Part shown: positions 56,550 through 64,000 of the stretch, piece by piece
How the letters are laid out: each line of letters opens with the position of its first letter
Numbering within the stretch: position 1 is the stretch's first letter
Assembly (NCBI GenBank): GCA_963759135.1
Contig: CAVWXU010000027.1
Location: forward strand, 58,296-122,295
Origin: an uncultured Chloroflexia bacterium
Lineage (GTDB): Bacteria > Chloroflexota > Limnocylindria > Limnocylindrales > CSP1-4
Length of the DNA: 64,000 nt
Direction of reading: 5' to 3'
The notes under the pieces: model-generated
Database searches by the model: none
The model's input: the letters and a program-made list of their open reading frames with translations, nothing else
What the model was told of the DNA's origin: nothing
Position numbers and translations under genes: made by a program

Positions 56550-59138
56550 TTACCTCGCCGGCCCTGGTGGCAGCTGGTGCGCCTCCCCGCCGCGCCCGTT
56601 TCCGCTGCCACGCGCGCTGTCGTTCCCCTCGCCGCGCCCGGGACCGATCCGGGCCGGCAGCACGGGCAGCAGCCGGTCGATCGACACGTCGCGACCGGCG
56701 GCAAGGGCGCGTGACATCCAGTCCCGTTCCCGCCGGACGTAGCTCATCTCTGTATCGTGCTGGACGGCCGAGTACGACAGCAGGTCGATGTGCGGCACGG
56801 CGCGGGTCTCGTGCGCGAGCTCGAAGTCCGGACCGCATCGCAGCGCGTCGTACGGGCAGGCGTCAACGCAGATCCCGCAGAGGATGCAGCGCAATTCGTC
56901 CACGTCGTACTGCTCGAGGACGCGTGGCTTGGGCATCAGTGCCCCCGTCGGGCACGTCTCGGCGCACCGTCCGCACGAGACGCACGGCGTGTCGTTGAGG
57001 CTCATGTCGAGCGGCGTCGTCACGAGGGTGTCCATGCCGATGCGCATGAAGTCGTAGCACGCGGCACCCACGACCTCGGCGCAGACGCGGGCGCAGCGGC
57101 CGCAGTCGATGCAGCGGGATGGCTCGCGCAGGATGAAGGCGTGGCTGTCGTCGCGGATGTAGTCGTGGTTGTACCCCGTGAACCGGTTTTCGAGCACGCT
57201 CCGATGGCTGAACCCGGTGCGGGACGGCTCGAGCGTCGCGAGGGTCGTGCCGTACTCGATGCCGAGCCGCCGCAGGTCGCAGTACCCGATGGCCTCGCAC
57301 GTGCACTGCAGGCAGCGCCGGGCCTCGTCCATCGCCTCGACCTGGGTGTACGGGATCTCGTACTCGACGTAGCTCCTGTTGCGGACGTCGGCCGGCATCG
57401 AGCGCAGGCGGTGACGCGGCTCCTTGAGCTCGCCGGTGAACGGTACGATCGAGAGGAAGGCCGGCTGCGGCTCGGCGATGGTCTGGCGCGTTCGGACGTC
57501 GTCCAGGTCCATGCCCTTCAGGTACGCGTCGATGGCGTACGCGGCGCGGCGGCCCTCCGCGATGGCCTGGACCACCGTGGTCGCGCCGACCCGGACGTCG
57601 CCGGTCCCGAAGACGCCGGCCCGGCCGGTGGAGAAGGTCACCGCGTCGGCGGCGAGCCGGTTCCGGTTCACCTTGACGCCGTCGGAGCCGTGGTCCAGCC
57701 ATGCCAGCTCCGGCCCCTGCCCGATGGCCAGCAGGACCCGGTCGCACTCGATCGTGAACTCCGTACCGGGGACCGGTTCCGGGCGGCGGCGCCCGGAGGC
57801 ATCGGGCGCGCCCATGCGCATCCGCTGGAACTCGACGCCGGTCACGGTGTTGCGGTCGCTGGTGATGACGCGCGTGGGCGCGGCCTGGAAGATGGCGTGG
57901 GCGCCCTCCTCGATCGCCTCGTGGACCTCGCTCGAGGCCGACATCTCCTTCATGTCGCGCCGGTACACGAGCGTCACCTCGCTGGCGCCCTGGCGGAGCG
58001 ACGTCCGCGTGCAGTCCATGGACGTGAAGCCGCCGCCGATCACGACGACCCGGCTGCCAGCGTGCCCGGGGAACGGCAGTCCGAGGGTGGCGGTCCGCAG
58101 GTACTCGAGGCCGTCGAACACGCCGTCGGCGTCCTCGCCCGGGACCCCCAGCTTGTTGGTGTCGTAGCAGCCGATGGCGACGCAGACCGCGTCGTAGCCC
58201 TGGTTCTGCAGGTCGTCGAGCGTGAAGTCCGTGCCGAGCGCGCGGCCGCACTCGAAGCGGCCTCCCAGGTCGAGAATCGACTGGTACTCGCCGTCCACGA
58301 CGCTGTCCTTGGGCAGGCGGTACTCGGGGATGCCGTACCGCAGCATGCCGCCGGGCTTCTCGTCGCGCTCGTAGATGGTCACGTCGTGGCCGTCGATCAG
58401 CAGGTAGTAGGCCGCGGACGCTCCGGCTGGGCCGCTCCCGATGACGGCTACCCGCTTGCCGCTCCTGGGCTGCAACTCGAAGGGGACGGGCGCCTTCCGT
58501 CCCTCGGCCTGCAGGCGGAGCACCTGGTCGCCGGCGTAGCGGTGGCTGTCGCGGATGGCGATCGCCTCGTCCACCTCGTCCCGCCGACAGTGCTCCTCGC
58601 ACGGTGCCGGACACACCCGCCCCAGGACGCTGGGGAACGGGATGGTGCGCTTGAAGATGCGCGCCGACTCGACGAAGTCACCCTCGGTGTTGGCCTTCAG
58701 GAACCCGGGGATGTCGATGTGGCTCGGGCACTTGTTCTGGCAGGGCGGCAGGCAGTAGGCGTTGTGGTCGCTGAAGATCAGCTCGAGGTTGGTGTGCCGG
58801 AGGGCCCGGACACGCTCCGTCTGCGTCCGCACCACCATGCCCGCCTCCGCGGCGCGGGCACAGCTGATCGGCGGGTGGTCCTCGCCCTCCACCTCGACCA
58901 CGCACATCCGGCAGGCGCCGAACCCGGGCAGTTTCGGCTCGTAGCAGAGCGTGGGGATCTCGATGCCGTTGTCCCGGCAGACCTCCAGGATCGTCTGCCC
59001 CGCGCGACCCGTGACCTGCCGCCCGTCGACCTCGATCGTGAAGGCGGGCGCGGAGTGGGGCCGCTGCGGCGACTGCGTCTCGAGGAGACGCTCGGCGAGC
59101 GTGGGCGCGGTTGCCTGGATCTCGATCAGGTCGGCCAT
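56550..59138 (-). CDS. 862-aa multidomain redox protein embedded in the nuo operon. Order: NuoG/HoxU-type N-terminus (2Fe-2S plus His-ligated 4Fe-4S); GltD/NfnB-type FAD-NAD(P)H oxidoreductase; 4Fe-4S ferredoxin motifs; C-terminal segment matching the second half of NuoI.
   Basis: N-terminus FTIEVDGRQVTGRAGQTILEVCRDNGIEIPTLCYEPKLPGFGACRMCVVEV...HNAYCLPPCQNKCPSH. GltD N-terminal cluster GRVCPAPCEEHC; dinucleotide sites RVAVIGSGPAGASAAYYL and RVVVIGGGFTSMDCTRTSLRQGASEVTLVYRR...GVFGTGD. Ferredoxin motifs CIDCGRCARVC, CVSCGRCAETCP, CILCGICVDACP. The last is followed by the NuoI-typical RCGPDFELA. Confidence 0.65.
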   Translation of the reverse strand: MADLIEIQATAPTLAERLLETQSPQRPHSAPAFTIEVDGRQVTGRAGQTILEVCRDNGIEIPTLCYEPKLPGFGACRMCVVEVEGEDHPPISCARAAEAGMVVRTQTERVRALRHTNLELIFSDHNAYCLPPCQNKCPSHIDIPGFLKANTEGDFVESARIFKRTIPFPSVLGRVCPAPCEEHCRRDEVDEAIAIRDSHRYAGDQVLRLQAEGRKAPVPFELQPRSGKRVAVIGSGPAGASAAYYLLIDGHDVTIYERDEKPGGMLRYGIPEYRLPKDSVVDGEYQSILDLGGRFECGRALGTDFTLDDLQNQGYDAVCVAIGCYDTNKLGVPGEDADGVFDGLEYLRTATLGLPFPGHAGSRVVVIGGGFTSMDCTRTSLRQGASEVTLVYRRDMKEMSASSEVHEAIEEGAHAIFQAAPTRVITSDRNTVTGVEFQRMRMGAPDASGRRRPEPVPGTEFTIECDRVLLAIGQGPELAWLDHGSDGVKVNRNRLAADAVTFSTGRAGVFGTGDVRVGATTVVQAIAEGRRAAYAIDAYLKGMDLDDVRTRQTIAEPQPAFLSIVPFTGELKEPRHRLRSMPADVRNRSYVEYEIPYTQVEAMDEARRCLQCTCEAIGYCDLRRLGIEYGTTLATLEPSRTGFSHRSVLENRFTGYNHDYIRDDSHAFILREPSRCIDCGRCARVCAEVVGAACYDFMRIGMDTLVTTPLDMSLNDTPCVSCGRCAETCPTGALMPKPRVLEQYDVDELRCILCGICVDACPYDALRCGPDFELAHETRAVPHIDLLSYSAVQHDTEMSYVRRERDWMSRALAAGRDVSIDRLLPVLPARIGPGRGEGNDSARGSGNGRGGEAHQLPPGPAR

Positions 59139-59151
59139 GCTGACATCCGGG

Positions 59152-60489
59152 TCACCGGGGAGCCGCCGCGACGGGCGTGACGTGCAGGGGATTGCAGACT
59201 CCGGCGGGACACGTGCCGGCGTTGAAGTGGGCGTCGAACTCGTCCCTGAAGTATCGCATCCCGCTGATCAGCGGGTTGGGCGCCAGGATCCCGTGGCCAC
59301 AGAGCGAGCCGTCCCGCACGTCGGCGGCGAGGTCGAGCAGGAGCTGCGGATCGGTGGGGCGCGCGCGTCCGGAGGTGGCGCGGTCGGTGAGTTCGAAGAG
59401 GCGCCTCGTCCCGATCCGGCACGGGATGCACTTCCCGCAGGACTCGTCGGACATGAAGCGCTCCATGACGCGGCCGAGTTCCACCATGCAGGCGCGCTGG
59501 TCCACGACGAGCATCTGGCCCGACCCGAGGATCGCGCCCGCGGCCTGGAGCGCGTCCGGGTCGAGCGGGGTGTCCAGCCGGGACTCCGGCAGGAACCCTC
59601 CCGGAGGACCCCCGACGAGCAGCGCCTTGAAGGTGCTCCCATCCGACATGCCGCCGGCCACCTGGTCGAGGATCTCGCGGAGGGGCGTGCCCATGGGGAC
59701 CTCGGCGACGCCCGTCAGCCGCGCGTTGCCCGAGACCTGCACCAGCTTGGTGCCGGGCAGGCCGTTCCGCCCGGCTGCCGCGAACGCTTCTGCGCCCTGG
59801 CGCACGATCCAGGGGACCGCGGCCAGCGTCTCGACGTTGTTGACGACGGTCGGGTGGCCGTCGAGCCCTCGAACCGACGGGAACGGCGGCCGCTGGTCGG
59901 GCATGCCCCGGTCCGACTGCAGCGCGTGGATGAGCACGGTCTCCTCGCCCAGCACGAAGGCGCCCTGCAGCGGCCGGACCTCGACCCGCAGGTCCAATCC
60001 ACGCTCGGCGGCGCGGGGCCCGAGGTACCCGGCATCCTCCGCCGCGGCGACGGCGGCGCGCAGCCGGCTCACGGCCAGGCCGTACGCGGCGTTGACGGCG
60101 ACGCAGGCCCGGCGTGCGCCGATCGCGTAGGCCGCGAGGGCCGTCCCTTCGATCACCGCATGCGGGTCGAGCTCCATGAGGGTGCGGTCGACCAGGGCCC
60201 CGGGGTCGGCCTCGATCCCGTTGGCGATCACGACGCGCTCCGGGTCCTCCTGCGATCGGGCCGACCGCCACTTGTCCGCGGTGGGGTAGCCCGCGCCACC
60301 CCGGCCGCGCAGCCCGGCGCGGGCAACGAGTGCGACGAGCCCGTCCGGGCTGGATCCGACCGCCTGCCGCCAGGCCGCCCACGCCCCGACGCGCTCCGCC
60401 GCGGCGAGCCCCTCGTCCGGGTCGTACTGTCCCGCCGCGGCGAGCGTGATGCGCGGCCAGCCGGCGGGCGTGGCGAGGATGGCGGGCAT
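59152..60489 (-). CDS. NuoF-like NADH-binding FMN flavoprotein (51-kDa subunit homolog)
   Basis: GLRGRGGAGYPTADKW, NADH site GAFVLGEETVLIHALQ, N3 cluster motif ESCGKCIPCRIGT...SLCGHG. The FMN glycine-rich motif is divergent (NGIEADPGA). ATG overlaps the stop of the upstream NuoE-like frame (TGATG). Confidence 0.8.
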   Translation of the reverse strand: MPAILATPAGWPRITLAAAGQYDPDEGLAAAERVGAWAAWRQAVGSSPDGLVALVARAGLRGRGGAGYPTADKWRSARSQEDPERVVIANGIEADPGALVDRTLMELDPHAVIEGTALAAYAIGARRACVAVNAAYGLAVSRLRAAVAAAEDAGYLGPRAAERGLDLRVEVRPLQGAFVLGEETVLIHALQSDRGMPDQRPPFPSVRGLDGHPTVVNNVETLAAVPWIVRQGAEAFAAAGRNGLPGTKLVQVSGNARLTGVAEVPMGTPLREILDQVAGGMSDGSTFKALLVGGPPGGFLPESRLDTPLDPDALQAAGAILGSGQMLVVDQRACMVELGRVMERFMSDESCGKCIPCRIGTRRLFELTDRATSGRARPTDPQLLLDLAADVRDGSLCGHGILAPNPLISGMRYFRDEFDAHFNAGTCPAGVCNPLHVTPVAAAPR

Positions 60490-61320
60490 CAGGCGCGCCC
60501 GGCCGGTGCGTGGCCGGCCAGCGATCGCGCGAGCCGCGCGGCGCCGGCGGCGGTCATGTCCCTCTGCGGTCTGCCGTCGAGCGTCACCCACGGCGTGCCG
60601 GCGTTCTCGCCGTGGCAGTCGTCGGTGGCCAGCGCGACTGACCCGTCCGGCGTCGTCCCCCCGAGCGGGACCCCGAGCTCGTCCTCGAACGCTGCGCGAA
60701 CGGCCCCGCCGCCGAAGAGCGAACAGGACGGGCAGCGGCAGATGCCCAACCGGTGCGCGGCGGGAAGCTCGCAGACGCAGCTGTCCGTAGAAGGACGCCG
60801 TGCCGTAGACCTCCGCGTACCAGATTCCGGTCGCGGTGGAGATGTGCTTGACCGCGGCCACGGGAATGTACCCGTAGATCTCCTGCGTCCCCTCGAGGAT
60901 GCGCAGCAGCCGCCGTGGGTCGTGTTCCTCCTGCTCGAGGAGGGCGTCCAGCCGGGTCGTGTCCGCCGGATCGAACGCCGCGAAGTTCGGGTCGGGCACC
61001 GGCCGGCCGGAGCGGCGCAGGGCCTGCTCCTCGCGGCGCTCCGCGTACTGCTCCGCCGCCCCCCAGTGAACATGGAACCGGTCCTTCGTGTCGGTGCCGC
61101 CCATGTCGATGCACTCGATGGGGCAGGCCATGGCGCACTGGAAGCACGTCTCGCACTTGAGTGCGCCGTACTCGTCGTACAGCAGCTGCAGGCGGCCCCG
61201 GTGTCTCGGCGGGATCTCCGGTACCTGTTCGGGGTACTGGACCGTCACCTTCGGTTCGAAGAACCGGCGGAGGGTCAGGGCCATGCCCTTCACGATGCCG
61301 ATGCCGGGGACGAAGCTCAT
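60489..61320 (-). CDS. Fusion ORF: NuoI N-terminal half (first 4Fe-4S motif only) joined in frame to a NuoE-like thioredoxin-fold 2Fe-2S protein. One internal frame change near 60745.
   Basis: NuoI-specific N-terminus MSFVPGIGIVKGMALTLRRFFEPKVTVQYPEQVPEIPPRHRGRLQLL...LKCETCFQCAMACPIECI. This is followed directly by the NuoE-like N-terminus (PDPNFAAFDPADTTRLDALLEQ...RRLLRILEGTQEIYGYIPVAAVKHISTATGIWYAEVYGTASFYG...PVGH). The NuoE C-terminus is in the adjacent frame (ICRCPSCSLFGGGAVRAAFEDELGVPLGGTTPDGSVALATDDCHGENAGTPWVTLDGR), ending at 60489. No second NuoI motif in any frame nearby. Confidence 0.55.
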
Positions 61321-62672
61321 GGGTGGACCACCAGGATGGCGAGCGCGGTGAGGAACAGGTTGACCAGTGCGGCCGGCAGGAGCCACTTCCACGCCAGCCC
61401 CATCAGCTGGTCGATGCGGACGCGGGGCAGCGTGGCGCGCATCCACACGAAGGTGAAGACGAAGACGTAGGCCTTGGCGAAGAACCAGACGATCCCCAGC
61501 AGCGCGTCGAGGTTGATCAGCAGGTAGATCCCGAGCGCGCCGACGGCGAGCGCCGAGAACAGCGCCAGCCCGAGGATCCAGGCGCGCCAGAACGGCCACT
61601 CCGATCGCAGCATCCACAGGGGGAGCGCGAACAGCGCGGAACCGACCACCGGCACGACGATCACGAGCGCGAGGAGCGCCAGCCCGAGCTCCCCGGGAGC
61701 GAGCAGGACGTGCACCGGCCACGGCCACGGAACCGGTGCGGTCCAGCCGCCGAAGAACAGCACGACGGCCAGGCCGGAGAGCAGGAAGACGTTGACGTAC
61801 TCCGCGAAGAAGAAGAACCCGAAGCGCATGCCGCTGTACTCGGTGGCGAAGCCCGCGACGATCTCGCTGTCGGCCTCGGTCAGGTCGAACGGTGTGCGGT
61901 TCGCCTCGGCGGTGGCGGCGATGAAGAAGACCAGGAACGCGAGCGGCTGGCGGACGACGAACCAGTCGAGGAAGCTCCCCGACTGGGCGTGCACGATCCC
62001 GTTCAGGCTCATCGTGCCGGCCAGCATGATCACGCCCACCACCGAGAGGGTCAGGGGGATCTCGTAGCTGACCATCTGCGCGGCGCTCCGCAGTCCGCCC
62101 AGCAGCGAGTACTTGTTGAAGCTCGACCAGCCGGCCATCAGCAGCCCGACCACGCCCAGGCCGCCTACCCCGAAGAAGTAGAGCAGACCCACGTTGAAGT
62201 CGACGCCGAAGAGGCCGGGGCCGAAGGGCAGCACCATGAATGCCATGACGCTCCCGACGAACGTCACCACGGGGGCGAGCGTGAACACAGTGACGTCGGC
62301 GCCGGTCGGGGTGAAGTCCTCCTTGGACAGCACCTTGAGGCCGTGGACCACCGACGCGAGCGTGCCCCACGGTCCGACACGGTTGGGACCGATACGCAGG
62401 TTCATGAACGCGATCACCTTCAGCTCCAGGAAGATGATCACGAACGCCGTCGGAATGGTGAACAGCAGCACCGCCGTCGCCGCGACCACGAACCGGACGA
62501 TCGCGATGTTCGCGAGCAGGACGCCGCCGATCCAGATGACGATCCCCGGGATGATGCCGGTGCCGACGCCCAGCATGAGCACCAGGAAGAGGAGGACGAG
62601 TGTGCCGAGCAGCGGCACGACGACCTTGCCGGAAGGCGACAGGCGGCCCGTGGACCGGACGACGACGCTCAC
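61317..62672 (-). CDS. nuoH: NADH-quinone oxidoreductase subunit H
   Basis: NuoH-like sequence (GFATEYSGMRFGFFFFAEYVNVFLLS...). Start overlaps the nuoD stop (ATGA). Stop overlaps the start of the NuoI-N fusion ORF (ATGA). Confidence 0.9.
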   Translation of the reverse strand: MSVVVRSTGRLSPSGKVVVPLLGTLVLLFLVLMLGVGTGIIPGIVIWIGGVLLANIAIVRFVVAATAVLLFTIPTAFVIIFLELKVIAFMNLRIGPNRVGPWGTLASVVHGLKVLSKEDFTPTGADVTVFTLAPVVTFVGSVMAFMVLPFGPGLFGVDFNVGLLYFFGVGGLGVVGLLMAGWSSFNKYSLLGGLRSAAQMVSYEIPLTLSVVGVIMLAGTMSLNGIVHAQSGSFLDWFVVRQPLAFLVFFIAATAEANRTPFDLTEADSEIVAGFATEYSGMRFGFFFFAEYVNVFLLSGLAVVLFFGGWTAPVPWPWPVHVLLAPGELGLALLALVIVVPVVGSALFALPLWMLRSEWPFWRAWILGLALFSALAVGALGIYLLINLDALLGIVWFFAKAYVFVFTFVWMRATLPRVRIDQLMGLAWKWLLPAALVNLFLTALAILVVHP

Positions 62673-63883
62673 TTGTCGATGCCGCCCATGACGGGGTCAA
62701 GGCTGGCCATGACGGCCATCGTGTCCGCCAGCAGGTTGCCGGGCATCAGCGGCACCACGGCCTGCAAATTCACGAACGACGGGTCGTGGATGCGGAAGCG
62801 GTACGGCTGGTCCGTTCCGTCGCTGATCGCGAAGCACCCGTACTGGCCACGTGGGCTCTCCACCGCGGCCCACGCGCGGCCGGGTCGCGGCGTGATGCGA
62901 CGCGGCAGCTGGGCCATGACGGGGCCGTCGGGCATGCGGTGGAGGACCTGGTCGATGATGTGGATGCTCTGCTTGATCTCGTCGATGCGCAGCAGGTACC
63001 GCGCGTACGAGTCTCCCTCCTCGCGCGTCGGGATCTCGAACTCCAGCTCCGGGTACACGGAGTACGGGTGCGCGCGTCGGACGTCGTACGGGACGCCACA
63101 GGCGCGGATGTTGGGCCCGCTCATCCCGAAGCCGATGGCCGTCTGCCGGTCCATCCGGCCGAGGCCCCGCGTGCGCCGCACGAAGATCTCGTTCTGGTTC
63201 AGCAGCGCGGTGTCGGCCTCCACCTGGGCCAGTGCATGGCCCATCCAGTCCCCGAGGCGGCTGAGGAACTCGTGGTTCAGGTCTCCGTTGACACCGCCGA
63301 TGCGCATGTAGTTGAAGAGCATCCGCTGGCCGGTCAGCGCCGCCAGCATCTCGACGATCTCGTCGCGCTCGATGAAGCTGTACAGGATCGGCGTGATCCC
63401 GCCCAGGTCCAGCGCCATCCAGCCCATGAACAGGGCATGGCTGGCGATCCGGTTGAGCTCGCACGACAGGACCCGGATGTACTCGGCGCGTCGCGGGACC
63501 CGGAGGTCGAGGAGTTGCTCGAACGCCATCACCGGCGCGAGCTCGTTGAAGAGCGAGCTGACGTACTCAAGCGGGTCCGTATAGCAGATCGCGTGGTGAT
63601 AGTCGGCGTTCTCGCTGAGCTTCTCGATCCCGCGGTGGAGGTAGCCGAGCACCGGATCGAGGTCCACCACGCGCTCGCCGTCGATCTTGACGACGAGCCG
63701 CAGGACACCGTGCGTGGACGGGTGCTGCGGCCCCATGTTCACGAGCATCTCGCCGTCCCGGAGCCCGTAGAACTCCGCCTCGCGCTCCGTGCGCGGCGCA
63801 TACGGGGGGATCGCGTCGTAGATGGTCGCGGGGGTCGAGACGAGGACCCGCGGGTCGTCGAGGGACGGGATCCGGGTAGCCAT
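62669..63883 (-). CDS. nuoD: NADH-quinone oxidoreductase subunit D (49-kDa subunit)
   Basis: LVNMGPQHPSTHGVLRLVVKIDGERVVDLDPVLGYLHRGIEKL...GVESPRGQYGCF. The upstream gene (probable nuoC) runs off the window edge. Confidence 0.9.
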   Translation of the reverse strand: MATRIPSLDDPRVLVSTPATIYDAIPPYAPRTEREAEFYGLRDGEMLVNMGPQHPSTHGVLRLVVKIDGERVVDLDPVLGYLHRGIEKLSENADYHHAICYTDPLEYVSSLFNELAPVMAFEQLLDLRVPRRAEYIRVLSCELNRIASHALFMGWMALDLGGITPILYSFIERDEIVEMLAALTGQRMLFNYMRIGGVNGDLNHEFLSRLGDWMGHALAQVEADTALLNQNEIFVRRTRGLGRMDRQTAIGFGMSGPNIRACGVPYDVRRAHPYSVYPELEFEIPTREEGDSYARYLLRIDEIKQSIHIIDQVLHRMPDGPVMAQLPRRITPRPGRAWAAVESPRGQYGCFAISDGTDQPYRFRIHDPSFVNLQAVVPLMPGNLLADTMAVMASLDPVMGGIDK

Positions 63884-64000
63884 CGGCTTCCCGGTCAGCG
63901 CGCCCGGCTGCGCCGGATGGGCGCGGCCGATTCGACGGGGGCGTGCACCTGCTCCATGTGCCTGACACCGAGCCCGGGCGATCGCGAGGAATCGTCGGCG

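Noticed and set aside
61021-61090. Possibility that nuoI is complete here and merely frameshifted at the G6 run cactggggggcgg
   Set aside because: All three frames downstream of the first cluster motif were inspected. None contains a second CxxCxxCxxxCP motif before the NuoE-like and NuoF-like sequences. The only NuoI-like second motif is at the C-terminus of the 862-aa protein 4.3 kb away.
1-64000. Mobile elements, CRISPR arrays, prophage or defence-system genes
   Set aside because: No transposase, integrase or recombinase motifs. No regularly spaced short repeats with unique spacers (all repeats found are 2-3-copy tandem duplications). No terminal inverted repeats. No tRNA genes as integration targets. 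The window appears to be core chromosome.
63893-64000. Partial gene upstream of nuoD (presumed nuoC) at the window edge
   Set aside because: Only about 35 codons are available and no frame gives a recognisable NuoC C-terminus. Too short to call.

Overview
The window is a very high-GC (about 70%+) chromosomal segment of a Gram-positive-type bacterium (Actinobacteria- or Chloroflexi-like). Gene content is almost entirely core and envelope functions. No transposases, integrases, CRISPR arrays or phage genes were seen.

From left to right the window holds:
- **Translation and division block:** the 3' end of secA, a DUF218 protein, a small Cys-rich ORF, prfB with its programmed +1 frameshift site, a tandem-GNAT acetyltransferase, an IMPase-family phosphatase, ftsE-ftsX, a C-terminal processing protease, smpB and tmRNA.
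- **Replication origin block:** VanW, then jag-yidC-yidD-rnpA-rpmH on the minus strand, facing dnaA / oriC (DnaA-box cluster plus an AT-rich unwinding element) / dnaN / recF / a DciA-like DUF721 gene.
- **Glycolipid and lipoglycan locus (about 15 kb):** a GT2 polyprenyl-phosphate-sugar synthase, three GT-C membrane glycosyltransferases (one an 1823-aa fusion carrying a PMT-type domain) and a PimA-like GT4. These sit next to a PHP phosphoesterase, two HtrB-type acyltransferases, ino1 and a CDP-alcohol phosphatidyltransferase.
- **Small-molecule metabolism:** an ArsR regulator with a palindromic operator, a (hydroxy)proline catabolism cluster, EamA and MFS transporters, adenosine deaminase, a sortase-fold protein lacking the catalytic Cys, and otsB.
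- **Complex I operon:** nuoD-nuoH-...-nuoJ-K-L-M-N, running off the right edge of the window.

The most unusual feature is in the nuo operon. nuoD abuts nuoH with no canonical nuoEFG between them. In their place, between nuoH and nuoJ, sits a non-canonical NAD(P)H-oxidising module: a NuoI N-half fused to a NuoE-like protein, a NuoF-like gene, and a NuoG-N-terminal/GltD-like protein carrying ferredoxin motifs and the NuoI C-half. The two halves of the NuoI 8Fe-ferredoxin are about 4.3 kb apart. This predicts a remodelled, possibly dual-nucleotide or transhydrogenase-like, electron-input module for complex I.

Several essential genes (secA, prfB, recF, the NuoE-like gene) show frame changes or missing stops at homopolymer runs. 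The cause cannot be decided from sequence alone. Consensus indel error is the economical explanation and should be checked against reads.

Three unrelated genes end in a two-copy tandem duplication that includes the stop codon.
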